A model generated the notes under the pieces. That model saw only the letters and a program-made list of their open reading frames with translations, made no database searches and was not told where the DNA came from. A program made the translations under genes and the position numbers. A DNA stretch of 64,000 bases from the human T2T-CHM13v2.0 reference genome, Homo sapiens. The DNA lies in the NCBI RefSeq assembly GCF_009914755.1, contig NC_060940.1. The stretch is one strand, 5' to 3'. The first letter of the stretch is position 1, and each line of letters opens with the position of its first letter. Shown here piece by piece: positions 16,213 to 29,100 of this stretch.

Positions 16213-17042
16213 GTAAGGAGGGCTCGTGGGACGGCTGGGGTGTCAGCGCCTTGGAGCCGTCAGCTGACACCATGTACCTCACTGGGTCAGGTGGGGAACA
16301 CCCCAGCCCCACTGTTTGCTGTGGCGTCGTTACCTGCAGACCAGTCAGTGGGACTAACCCGGCGTTTATACCTTCAGCAAAGAGCATCAATGCCAAGTAG
16401 GACTGACGCAGTGACCCCAAATGGGGCACAGACCCCGGCGACTGAGCCTGACTGCTCCCAGGGAGTCACAGGCCACACTGGAGGGAGGGGCACCTGGATG
16501 CGGGAGGACGCACAGACCTGGGGCCCAGTGAGTCCATCTGTTCCTCCAGACTGGACCTGAAACTGTTGCCCCTCCACCTACGGTCCTGGTCTCAGCACAC
16601 AGGAGCCCGGCTCCCGAGTGAGGGATGATGGAAAGCAGGGGGCCGGGGTAGACCCCATCATGCTCGGCAGGAACAGGAGGTGTGGGTGGGAGGCCAGGCT
16701 TCACTGAAAGTGGATGCAGATGAACAGATAGACACACACACGGACCCACGTGAGCTGGGTCTGCCCACTCAGGCAGCGCCACCCGGTAACAGCAGGCACA
16801 CCCCACGCCCAGGTCTTGATTTCTAAATGCCGTTCTGCACCAAGGAGGGATGGCACTGAAGAGTGTCTGGGGGAGGCTGTATGCGTCTGTGCGCGCGTCT
16901 GCAGCTGTGCGCGCGTGCGCAGCTGTGCGCTTGTGTGTAGCTGTGCGTCTGTGGGTGTGTAGCTGTGCATGTGTGCGTCAGGGCGTGTGGGGCAGGGAGG
17001 GCCCTTCTCACTTCTCGCCACGCTCCGTCCCGCCCGCCCCAG

Positions 17043-17168
17043 GTCGTCTTCGCGGTCATCGTCCTACTCTGGCTCCGGCTCCTCCCGGTCGCGATCCCGG
17101 TCTTCATCCTACAGCTCCTACTCCAGCCGCTCTTCCAGACACAGCTCGTTCTCAGGAAGCCGGTCCAG
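17043..17168 (+). CDS. ZC3H18: ZC3H18 coding exon (~exon 10), RS-rich
   Basis: cccAG|G ... AG|GTATGT; SSSRSSSYSGSGSSRSRSR... Confidence 0.92.
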
Positions 17169-17781
17169 GTATGTCCCCAGGGCCCATGAAGGGCCCTCAG
17201 CAGGTGCAGTGAGCAAGGGCACCTGCGGATGTGGCTTTAGTTGTGGCGCCAGTAGCCCCTTGGGGTATTGAAGGTCCCTGCTGGCAGCTGAACTAGGATG
17301 GCCAGGGGGTCGTGTCCTGTGTCCCCCACCAAACACCAGCCTTGCGGGCCCTCGTCCTTGTGTAGATGCGTGCTGTCACTGAGGGCCACAGCCTGAGATC
17401 CTCGAGTTGAGGTACTCCAGTCCTCCGCAGACAGGCCGAGGAAGGGGCCAGACCCAGCCCTGTCCTGTGGGTGTTTCTATGGGAGCTGTGCTGCTGCCCC
17501 ACTGCCAAGGAGCCTGTCTCCTCCTGTCCTGCACACACATGAACGTGACACTCGCCTCCCGGAGGACCCGCCAGTGGATGCTGACACCTTCCACGCTCTC
17601 TGGTCTACTCTGGGCCTGTGTTTTTAGCAGATGACAGAACAGTCCAGAACTGAAGTTAAAACTGAGGCACATAAATGGAAATTCGTGGCCTTCTCCATGG
17701 GTCTGGGTGGGTCCTCAGTGGGCTTGGGCTGGTGAAGAAACACCCCCAGGCCCCTTCCGACACCTTTGTTCACTCCCCTAG

Positions 17782-17886
17782 GTCCCGGTCCTTCTCTTCG
17801 TCCCCGTCCCCGTCCCCAACACCTTCCCCACATAGACCTTCCATCAGAACCAAGGGAGAGCCGGCCCCGCCGCCCGGGAAAGCAGG
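17782..17886 (+). CDS. ZC3H18: ZC3H18 coding exon (~exon 11)
   Basis: cctAG|G ... GG|GTGAGT; SRSFSSSPSPSPTPSPHRPSIRTKGEPAPPPGKA. Confidence 0.92.
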
Positions 17887-18428
17887 GTGAGTGCCCAGCC
17901 TGTGGGCAAGTCCTGGCCGGCCAGGCCTCCACAGGCTGCAGCCTCCTCCCTCCGTCTCTATCTCTCATTTGTGTTTGGGACCAAAGAGGTGAGGATGCCT
18001 CAGGGGGCTGGCCCCAGGGGGTGACTGGGCTGGGAGGCACTGGGCACAGCTCCTGTTCTCACGGGCCACCCTTACACAGCAGCACTCCCTCGGGAACCCT
18101 GGGGACAGAGCACAGCCCTGGGGACACGGCAGCAGCCGGGTGTTCTTAAGGGGTCTTCCTATTAGCCTGCTCTCCCCACTGCCTGGCGGTGCCTGTAGCT
18201 CTTGCCTGTTAGAGGGGAGCCTGGAAGGGCTGCTGGGGGCTTTGAAGCCGTTCCCAAGCACTCTGACACCGATGGGTGGGGAGCCGTGTCCAGGCACGAG
18301 CAGCGTGCTCACCGAGCGTCACAGGCATGCAGTGTCGTTCCCCGAGCTGTGGGTCCATTGAAAGGGGATGTAGGCCAGCGGGGCCCCGTCCACCAGCCCT
18401 GCCCTGCTCGAGCCTCCCTGTCTCACAG

Positions 18429-18572
18429 AGAGAAGTCAGTGAAGAAGCCGGCCCCGCCTCCAGCCCCACCACAGGCCACCAAAACCACTGCTCCTGTCCC
18501 CGAGCCCACCAAGCCAGGAGACCCTCGGGAAGCCAGGAGGAAGGAGCGGCCAGCCAGGACCCCCCCCAGGAG
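18429..18572 (+). CDS. ZC3H18: ZC3H18 coding exon (~exon 12)
   Basis: cacAG|A ... AG|GTGAGC; EKSVKKPAPPPAPPQ...ARTPPR. Confidence 0.92.
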
Positions 18573-19028
18573 GTGAGCACTCCGGCGTCCGGGGCCCTCA
18601 GGCTTTCCGTGTTCTTGGTGCCACTGTGATGCTGGCACTGCTGGAAATCCAGAGTGCCAGGGTCCAGAGCCAGGTGGTGGGAAGCGCCCCCTAGCCGAGC
18701 AGCACCCAGTGAGCCCTTACCCGGGAACCTGCCCTGTCCCCTCCCTGAGCCTGTGTTTCTGGAGCGTGAAGGGGAAGGGACAGCGTGGCACGGAGCACAG
18801 GCCTTCCCGCCATGGCCCCATCTGCACTGGAAGGTGCTGCCCCCGAGAGACTGTACTTTTTATCTTGACAAAACACTGAGCCTAAAGGAAGACAGGCCCA
18901 GGCCCTGTTCCAAGGTGGTAGCAAGGCCAGTCTGGAGGCTCACCTCACAGGGCTGCTGGTGGGGAGGGGAGGCCGCGAGGGGCTGTGGAGGCCACGCCCC
19001 CTGAGCCCCGCTGTTGCTTGTATTACAG

Positions 19029-19094
19029 GCGGACGCTAAGCGGCAGCGGCAGTGGCAGTGGTAGCAGCTATAGTGGTTCCAGCTCCCGATCCAG
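19029..19094 (+). CDS. ZC3H18: ZC3H18 coding exon (~exon 13)
   Basis: tacAG|G ... AG|GTCATC (weak donor); RTLSGSGSGSGSSYSGSSSRS; phase fits both neighbours. Confidence 0.85.
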
Positions 19095-19544
19095 GTCATC
19101 CCCATCACCCTGTGCCTCTGTTTCTCCCTCCCCGTCGGGGCCAGGAAGTCCCAGAAGCAGCCAGTGTGGGTTGGGCTGTCTCCCACAGGTGGGCTGGGGC
19201 CCTTCTGGATCTGAGTCACCCTGGGGCTGTGGAAGGCTGCGGTTGAAGCTTTGACACAGGAGAAAATGGGCCAGGACTCGTGATAGGAAGACCCCCTCCC
19301 CCCACCAAAAAAAGATTCACAAACTCGGGGGCACTCAGGTCAGGAGGAGGTGCCTCTGCCCTGCTGACTTGATGCCCAGCACCCTGAGAGAGCACCTGCA
19401 CCTGGGGAGGAGCCGGCAGCTTCCAGCCCAGCAGGGCAGAGGCTGGGCCTGCGTGACCTATCACACCTGTCGAGGGAACCGGCCTGAGGGGGTGGGGAAG
19501 CCGATAAAAACATCTGAGAAGAGAATACATGGAAAAGCTTTGTG

Positions 19545-20225
19545 GGCCAGGTGCGGCGGCTCACACCTGTGATCCCAGCACCGTGGGAGGCCAAGGCAGG
19601 AGGATTGCTTGAGCCCAGGACTTGACGACCAGCCTGAGCAACATAGACCCCATCTCCACAGAAAAAGATTTTTTTTTTTTTTTTTTTTTTTTGAGACAGT
19701 TTCATTCTTGTTGCCCAGGCTGGAGTGCAATGGCGCGATCTCGCTACCTCCGCCTCCCGGATTCAACCTCAGCCCCCTGAGTAGCTGAGACTACAGGCGC
19801 ACACTGCCACGCCCAGCTAATTTTCTGTATTTTAGTAGAGATGGGGTTTCACCATGTTGCCCAGGTTGGTCTCAAACTCCTGAGCTCAGGCATTCCACCC
19901 ACCTTGGCCTCCCAAAGTGCTGGGATTACATGCGTGAGCCGCCGCACGCAGCCTAATTTTGTATTTTTAGTAGAGACTGGGTTTTACCACGTTTCTGATC
20001 TTGAACTCCTGACCTCAGGTGATCCATCCGCCTCGGCTTCCCAAAGTGCTGGGATTACAGGTGTGAGCCACTGCACCCAGCCCAGAAATTTTTTTTAATT
20101 AGCTGGGTATAGTGGTGTGTGCCTATGATCCCAGCTACTTGGGAGGTCAAGGTTGAATGAGCTGTGATCACGACATTGCATTCCAGCCTGGACAACAGAG
20201 ATCCTGTCTCAAAACAAAAAAAAAG
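19545..20225. mobile_element. Sense AluJ split by antisense Alu(s)
   Basis: Sense left arm 19545-19665; antisense Alu sequence 19670-20082; sense right arm 20085-20225. Confidence 0.8.
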
Positions 20226-20250
20226 GATTTTTGCTATTTAGTTGTTTTAA

Positions 20251-20772
<522 letters not shown>

Positions 20773-20892
20773 TAATTTCCCTGTGGGCTGAGGCTATCTC
20801 CCTTTTGTCTAAGCCAGGGACTCTGCTTAAATTCCATCCTTGCCGCTGTTGAGTCAGCTCAGTCCTGTTTCCCTTCCCAAAAAGCAACCTGA

Positions 20893-21240
<348 letters not shown>

Positions 21241-21453
21241 TGACATTGATTAGTGAAATGGGGCCCTGGCCTAGCCATGGGGACGTCCCTTACTTTGTAA
21301 CCCTGAAACTGCCCAGTGTCCCCCCAAAATCACACATTCCGTGGGTACATGATCCATAAATGGACACTGCGTAAAAGTGGACCATGGAGCACCCCCTGCT
21401 GGCCCCTCCCTCCAGTCTGGCTGGGGTGTGGTGAGATGTGCTTGTGTGTCCAG

Positions 21454-21614
21454 GTCCCTGAGCGTGAGCAGCGTCTCCTCAGTGTCCAGTGCTACGTCGA
21501 GCAGCAGCTCTGCACACAGCGTGGACTCGGAGGACATGTACGCAGACCTGGCTAGCCCCGTGTCCTCAGCCAGCTCTCGGTCCCCGGCCCCAGCCCAGAC
21601 CAGGAAGGAGAAAG
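21454..21614 (+). CDS. ZC3H18: ZC3H18 coding exon (~exon 14)
   Basis: tccAG|G ... G|GTACTC; SLSVSSVSSVSSATSSSSSAHSVDSEDMYADLASP... Confidence 0.9.
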
Positions 21615-21751
21615 GTACTCAGGAGCCCTGGTACCTTTGGGGAGCAGCTCCCGGGGGAGGAGGGCGGCATCAGCACAGACTTTGCCTGGCTGTTGGTGTG
21701 GCCATGGGAAAATCACCAGTACCCCCATGACTGCGGATTTATCATTGGTAG

Positions 21752-21951
21752 GAAAATCTAAGAAAGAAGACGGTGTTAAAGAGGAAAAGCGGAAAAGGGA
21801 TTCGTCCACACAACCACCCAAATCTGCAAAACCTCCAGCAGGGGGGAAGTCCTCCCAGCAGCCCTCGACACCCCAGCAGGCACCCCCCGGGCAGCCCCAG
21901 CAGGGCACATTTGTGGCCCACAAGGAGATCAAGTTGACACTGTTGAATAAG
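21752..21951 (+). CDS. ZC3H18: ZC3H18 coding exon (~exon 15)
   Basis: gtAG|GA ... AAG|GTGAGG; KSKKEDGVKEE...FVAHKEIKLTLLNK. Confidence 0.9.
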
Positions 21952-22589
21952 GTGAGGGCAAGGGCCCTCCTGGTGGCTGCCCCAGCGTCTAGGCCTGGGT
22001 CCATCTGCTTCCTGAGACAGCTTCCTCCTGGGGGACGGAGCCTGAGTGAGGGCGAGTGGGGCCTTGCAGGTGTCAGCACAGCCTGGGTAACAAAGCGAGA
22101 CTCCATCTTTCCGGCCTGGGCTGGGAAGTGTGAGCATCTGGGGAGGTTTGGGTGCTGCTGGCCTCTCTCTGAACAGAGAGGGCGTTCTCTTCGTGCCTGT
22201 GGCCGCCATTCCCTGCCATGCAGTCTCAACACAATACAGGAAGCCTCCGTCCCTGTCCTCTGTCCTCAGCAGGACACATCCCTGTCCTGTGCTGGAAGGG
22301 CAAGAGGCCTGGCTTCATGGGTCCCAGGTCCTCCTAGAGTGGCCCCCGTGGGGAGCAGGAAGGCCTGCAGGGTGCTTCCCCTGGAACGTGAAGGGCCCCA
22401 AGTGCACAGTGGGGGTGCCCTTGGTCCGGGTCCTGGAGGCCTCACTCAGGGCTACGGGGTCTCATGGGTGTGTGGTGGGACCTTTGGGAGCAGAGCAGGT
22501 TGCTGGCAAGGAACCCATGTCCTCTGGGGCGAGGACACGGCTTCTGGCTCCTGGCCCTGCTGTCCTCACTGGCCTCTCTCTTGTCCCAG

Positions 22590-22686
22590 GCGGCTGATAA
22601 AGGAAGCAGGAAGCGCTATGAACCATCAGACAAGGACAGGCAGAGCCCTCCTCCAGCCAAGCGGCCCAACACATCCCCAGACCGAG
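22590..22686 (+). CDS. ZC3H18: ZC3H18 coding exon (~exon 16)
   Basis: cccAG|GCG ... G|GTGAGC; AADKGSRKRYEPSDKDRQSPPPAKRPNTSPDR. Confidence 0.92.
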
Positions 22687-22878
22687 GTGAGCCTCCCAGC
22701 CCCTAGGGGGCAGGGCAGAGGGACGGGAGCCTGGGGATGCGGAGCAGCTGGGTCTCAGACCCCATTGCTCTTAACAAGTAGGAGGAGGGTCCAGAGAACA
22801 TCTGACTTGCAGATGATGCCTGTCGGTATTTAGGGTGTTGAAAACTAAAACGAAGAAAAGGTTTTAAATATTTGTTTA

Positions 22879-23394
<516 letters not shown>

Positions 23395-24316
23395 TTAGTC
23401 TGGCTGACGGAAGACGGCTGGACCCACATGCCTCGTGCCTTCTGGAGATCCTCCCAGGCTCCTGCGGACTGAGTGACGAGGCAGATAGTGTCTATATTAC
23501 TGTTGAACCACACAGACCTGAAAGGGCCTCGGGGACCCCCAGCCATGCTGACCACACCCCAAGAGCTGGGGCCCAGATGGAAAGACAGGGAGATTGTCCT
23601 GGCTGGCTTTGATGGGTGGAGCTCAAACCAGATAGAGGACAAGGGGGCCTGGCCACCCGCACAGACACTCCCAGACACAGAGAACAGGCAGGGGGCTTCC
23701 AGACCCCTTCCCAAGCAGTTCTCTGGGTTTGTTGGACACAGGAAGAGGAAGCTGCTCACCTTTGTCCCTAAGCCCAGGGCCTGTGCCCTGTGTGGCTGGT
23801 CTGGAACAGCCTTGCTGCCCTTGCCTGGGGTTGGAACCAGGGCCTCTGGGGTCCTGCGGACCTTTGTTCTCGCACCAGCCTTGGGCCTGCGCTGGGCAGT
23901 GGCCCCCCCCTCGGTTGCCGCGCCTCCCTCCTAACATTGCCAGAGTGAAACACTCCTAGTCTCTCGGCTTTGCTTGTATTTCTTTACTGCCATGTCTTTC
24001 TTGTTGTTCCGTATTTGAAGACCCATGTGATAAATTTCTTCAAAGCTAGGAAGGAGTTTTGTCTCTCTGCGTGAGATATTGGCTGCTTGCTGGAACCTGG
24101 GGCCCAGGTTTGGCCTCAGCCTCATTTCCAGATGCCTTGGTGCCCACATCTCTCTTCTCCTACTTGGCTCTCCCCTTTTTATTTCTTTATAAAAATGAAG
24201 GTGGTGAACTAAGCAGCCTCAGGCTTTAGAAGTGAGTCCCTGGCATCGGTGAGGCCACCCACACAGCCATTCCCTGTACATCAGGAGGGTGGTCTCACTC
24301 TGTACCTATCACCCAG

Positions 24317-24413
24317 GTTCTCGGGACCGGAAGTCAGGTGGGAGACTGGGCTCCCCGAAGCCAGAGCGGCAGAGAGGCCAGAACTCCAAAGCCCCTGCAG
24401 CCCCGGCTGACAG
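24317..24413 (+). CDS. ZC3H18: ZC3H18 coding exon (~exon 17)
   Basis: cccAG|GT ... AG|GTGAGT; SRDRKSGGRLGSPKPERQRGQNSKAPAAPAD. Confidence 0.92.
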
Positions 24414-24932
24414 GTGAGTCCCACCCAGCATGTGCCCTGGGCACACCGAGGGGGCCAGCCCCAGTCGCTTCCCCAGGGAGGCCAGCAGCAGCAGGGCTAG
24501 CACTGGGCCAGGCTGGAGGCGTCACTACAGCTCCTGCTGGTCTGACGGGGTGAGGGGCATGGACAGCGAATTGCAGCCCCACCCCCCACCCCCCCCCCCC
24601 CACACACACACGCTCCTGCCCTGGTTGAGGCTGGAGGGTGCCCTCTGCTCCGCATGCCCTTGGGCAAAAGATCCCTGGGCACAGAGGTGGGAAGAATAAC
24701 AGGAGGTTGTGCGGGGCCAGCCCAGGACCCTCCCAGTCTGCTCCACAAAGCCCGGGAGCCAGTGGCTAGGACCAGGCCTGCTTGTGGCAGTGGGAGCCTG
24801 GCCATCCAGGGAGCCCCTTGCCTGTCCTGGTGGCCGCTGAGGACACAGTGGAAGCGCCCCTACGGGGAGGTCACCCCTTCCACCTGCAGACGTGGCTTCT
24901 GGGGGCTCAAGGTCTTCCCCACCCCCTTGTAG

Positions 24933-25131
24933 GAAGCGCCAGCTGTCACCCCAGTCCAAGAGCTCCAGCAAGGTCACGAGCGTGCCCGGCAAAGCCTCGG
25001 ATCCCGGCGCCGCCAGCACCAAATCAGGGAAGGCCAGCACGCTGTCTCGGCGGGAGGAGCTGCTGAAACAGCTGAAGGCCGTGGAGGATGCTATTGCACG
25101 CAAGCGGGCCAAGATCCCCGGGAAAGCATAG
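24933..25131 (+). CDS. ZC3H18: ZC3H18 last coding exon
   Basis: tgtAG|G; KRQLSPQSK...REELLKQLKAVEDAIARKRAKIPGKA-TAG. Confidence 0.93.
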
Positions 25132-25775
25132 GCCGTGCCCCGACCGGACTGGACGCATTTTTATACATAGGGTAAGCGCAGCCATTTTGGATTTTGCAGT
25201 TAATGTCTTATTTTGGCTGTGATTCTTTTTAAAAAGTAAAAAAGAAAAAAAAGTTTCTCAGCTGGAAAAGAAGCCACACAGGAAATGACAACGACGCTGA
25301 ATCCCAGCCTCCCTCCCCAGAGCAGAAGTCCCGCAGGACAGACAGACACAGACAGCGCTAGTGACCAGCACGGTTCTCATGTAAATTACAAGCCCCAGCC
25401 GCCAGCCCCGCCTTCTCTTCCTCCTCCTCCGTCTTCTTCCCTGGCCCTGGTCAGGCCTGTGGAGCCCCAGCTCTGGGTCCCTAGCCCGGGTCCAGGCAGC
25501 CAGGCTCCCTCCTGAGCTGAGAAACGGAACCTCGCGAACCACTGGTGGCACATCCTTCTCCTCCCCCGCCCCTGATCACCCGCCCCCGGATCAGAAATAT
25601 ATCTATATTCTCGACTAAAGTCTCATCAGGAAATATTTCCTGTCTTTTATTTTAAGCATCAAATTGTTTTAGTTGATTTAAAAAGGAAAAAATACAGAAA
25701 AGACCAAAAAAAGGCCAAGGGTGTTGTTGGGGCGTCTGTCTAATGTGGTGGGTCTTTTTTTGAGGGGTCTCCTAA

Positions 25776-25781
25776 AATAAA
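25776..25781 (+). terminator. ZC3H18: ZC3H18 poly(A) signal
   Basis: AATAAA about 650 nt after the stop, followed by GT-rich sequence. Confidence 0.8.
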
Positions 25782-26615
25782 ATATTTTGATAAGCAGCTG
25801 TCCTTGCCCTCGTGGTGTGTGCGCCCTCTGCCCATGCGCAGCCGGGGCTGCCTCTGTGTCGTGCACTGCACTCGGCCCAGCACTCGGGAGCCGCTGGGGG
25901 GCGAGGGTGTGGCTGTGCACTCACTCCCCCCGGGAGGACCGGCTGTGGAGCAGCTCCTGCCTTCAGACCCAGCCCAGGAGAGCATTGCGCCTCAGTTTCC
26001 CCATTCGTGGGGCTGGGTTGGGGCTTCCTTGGTCCGTGAGGTGGAGGTACTTTCCCTGCAGGGGCCGTGGAGCTGCTGGAGGGGAAGAGGTCCAGGGCTG
26101 ACTCCCAGCCCCAAGCCCAGCTGCCACCACTGCAGTGACCACCACCGGCTCCGTGTGCAGGCCCCAGACCTGCTGAGCCAGGCCCCACGTGTGATGCCAC
26201 GTTCCACAGCAGGGGCCACCGGCAGAGCCCCCCAGGACCCACCGCTGCTGCTCCCTGCTTTCCACCTTGAAAGCCACAGGCCTGCGCCTGGGCAGCGGCC
26301 TCCCAGGTGCACGCTCCAGGGCCTCCAGCGCCTCCTTTAATCAGATTCAGGTAGCCGCGGTGTGGTGCCCAGGCCTGCGGCCCACCCATCTCCCTCATCT
26401 ACTTCCTGACCCGAGGTTCAGGATGAGACCTCCAAGAGAGAGCTCCCTCCCACGGGGCCGCGAGCTGAGCCCCAGGGAGGCAGCATCCCGTGCTTCTGCT
26501 CCCAGCATGACCTGCGTCCATGCCACTCTTCCCCTGGATTAAATGACAATTAGAGTGTAGGCAGAGGAGCTGGGCGTGAGCGAGCACCACAGGGGGACCG
26601 CCTGTGCACTCCTGA

Positions 26616-27024
<409 letters not shown>

Positions 27025-27261
27025 CACAGTTTTTTGAGGCTTATCCGATTTGCCATCAGGTCAAAGCCAGGTGCAAGGGAATTCCCATTCTCTGAAAAGG
27101 GTGGCCTTCAAGGCCACAGAGCTGGAGTCCAGGCCACCCTGGGTGCCAGCCTGCAGCCTGTCATTTGTGAGCTGCACCATGAGGGCTGGAGGCCAGGAAA
27201 TGGCGCTCTGTGCCCCCAGTGTGGGGCACCTCAAGCTAGCATCTGCAGTGACTGTCTCTTT

Positions 27262-27372
27262 ACGGCCAGGAGCGGACAGGTGAGCCCACCACAGCTCAAC
27301 GGCCAGGAGCGGACAGGTGAGCCCACCACAGCTCAACGGCCAGGAGCAGACAGGTGAACCCACCACAGCTCA
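27262..27372. repeat. 37-bp tandem repeat, 3 copies
   Basis: Unit ACGGCCAGGAGCGGACAGGTGAGCCCACCACAGCTCA. Confidence 0.9.
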
Positions 27373-27899
27373 CCTGTGGACTGGGACCAGGCGAGGTCCC
27401 CTCTGCGGCTGCTCAGCCCCCGGCCACAGCCCTAGGCACCTCAGTCTGGAGCTGGGTTTGAACTCGCACCGGGTGGCAGTGGACCCCAGGTGTGGCTACC
27501 CATCCCTCTGGCTCTTGGACACTGGTGCAGAGGGGCCTGTCCTAGGAGGGTGACTGCCCCCATGTGGTCTAGTGGAGAGGATGTTTGGTCAGGCAGCTGG
27601 GAAGGACGGCCTTGCTGTGTGACAGGCATCGATGGGCGTCCACGCCCTCCAGGGACGTCCTGCTCCAGGTGGTTGGCACTCACGTTCTCCTCGCTCCCCA
27701 TGCAGTGACTAGAAAGCCTGTGTGGGATTCTGGCAACGGCATCCGCCCGCCAGCCCCTCCCAGGGGGTGCCCCAGGGCCTCTGCCCTCTGCCCGCAGCTC
27801 CTCCCCCACAGCCACGCTTCCACCCACCCGTTCGGCTGGGCTTTGGGTGGGCAGGCAGACGTAGACCCTGCTTGGAGGCGGTGGCCCTAGAGGGATCCA

Positions 27900-29100
27900 C
27901 AGATGGGGAAAAGGCCGAGACACACGAGACCACTCCTGCCGGGGAAAACCCATGAGGGGGTGGGGGCGGCCGCGCCGCAGGGAGGGGCCCTCTGCTGTCC
28001 CAGCCAACGTCCCATGACGATTTTGCACCCCCGCCAGCAGTGCCCTCGGCTGGACACACCTGCGTTGTGGGCAGCCGGCAGCGCGTGACCCACTGTGCAC
28101 CTGCGCCTTGATGTAGGGGGGAGACCCTGCAGAGAGCGCTTCCTTCCGCCCTGTCCAGTGCCCTCCCTGCCTCACCCCTCTTCCCGCAGGCCCGCTCAGG
28201 GCGCTGAAGGGCTCCTGACCGTGGGTCCGTCCTTCGCTGCGTCTGGGGGGCGTCCCCCGCGCTGCCTCTGACCCGCCCGGCCCTGCGTTTGTCTGAAGCC
28301 CCTCGTTCCGCATCTCCGGACCAGGGTCCGGGGGCGTGGTCTGCTGGGGGCGGGCCCGGGTTGTGGTTTGAGAGCCGCTCGGCCTGTCTGGGCCTCCGCC
28401 TCCGGGTCGCCCTCCAGCCTTCCTGCCGCCGCTTTTCCAGTCTTGCCCAACCCGGTATTTCTGCGCTTGCCTCAGCCACCCGCAGGAGCGCAGGCCGCCC
28501 TTCGTCCTCCCGTCCTCTGCGCCCACGGGACCCCGGGCCCCGCCCAGTCCGCAGGTCCCGCAGGTCCCCCCGGGCGTGTCTTCCTGGCCCTGCGACCCCC
28601 GGGACAGCGCTGAGAACACGCGGAAGGTGGGGAGACGCGCGGCGCTGGCCGGGTCCCTGGCGCCGTTCTCGCGGTGCAGCCTGTGCCTGGGAGTCCGGCC
28701 GTCCCACCTCAGAACCAGAGCAAAGCGGGAGATGGGGCGGCGGCCGCTGGGGAGAAGGCAGCCCCGGGTCGGAGGAGGAAGGAGGCGGGGGCGGAGCGGA
28801 GTCCGCGGTGGGGCTGCCTTCTTCCATCCTCCCCTGGGCGGGGCGCAGGATGCGGGGGCGCCCAGCCGAGGGAGGGAGGCCGGGGAGGACACTCCTGTGC
28901 CCGAGGGCTCCGGCTTCTTCTGCTCACTCCCTCCTGCCGAACTTTTCCACTCGGCCATTTACCTCCTCAGGCACTGGCTGCCCTCATCAGGCCGACCAGG
29001 TCCTGCCCGAGGGAACGGCGTGTGTGACCCACGTGTGGACAGACCTGTTCCCCATGCCAGGAGGGAGGGTCACTGGCTCCACCGGGGGATGGGGGACGAG
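27900..29100. promoter_or_regulatory. Intergenic CpG island with GC boxes
   Basis: Very GC-rich and CpG-dense non-repeat sequence; GGGGCGG boxes near 28350, 28787 and 28836. Confidence 0.75.

Noticed and set aside
21637-22833. 398-aa ORF
   Set aside because: One real ZC3H18 exon (21752-21951) extended by open GC-rich intron; not a separate gene
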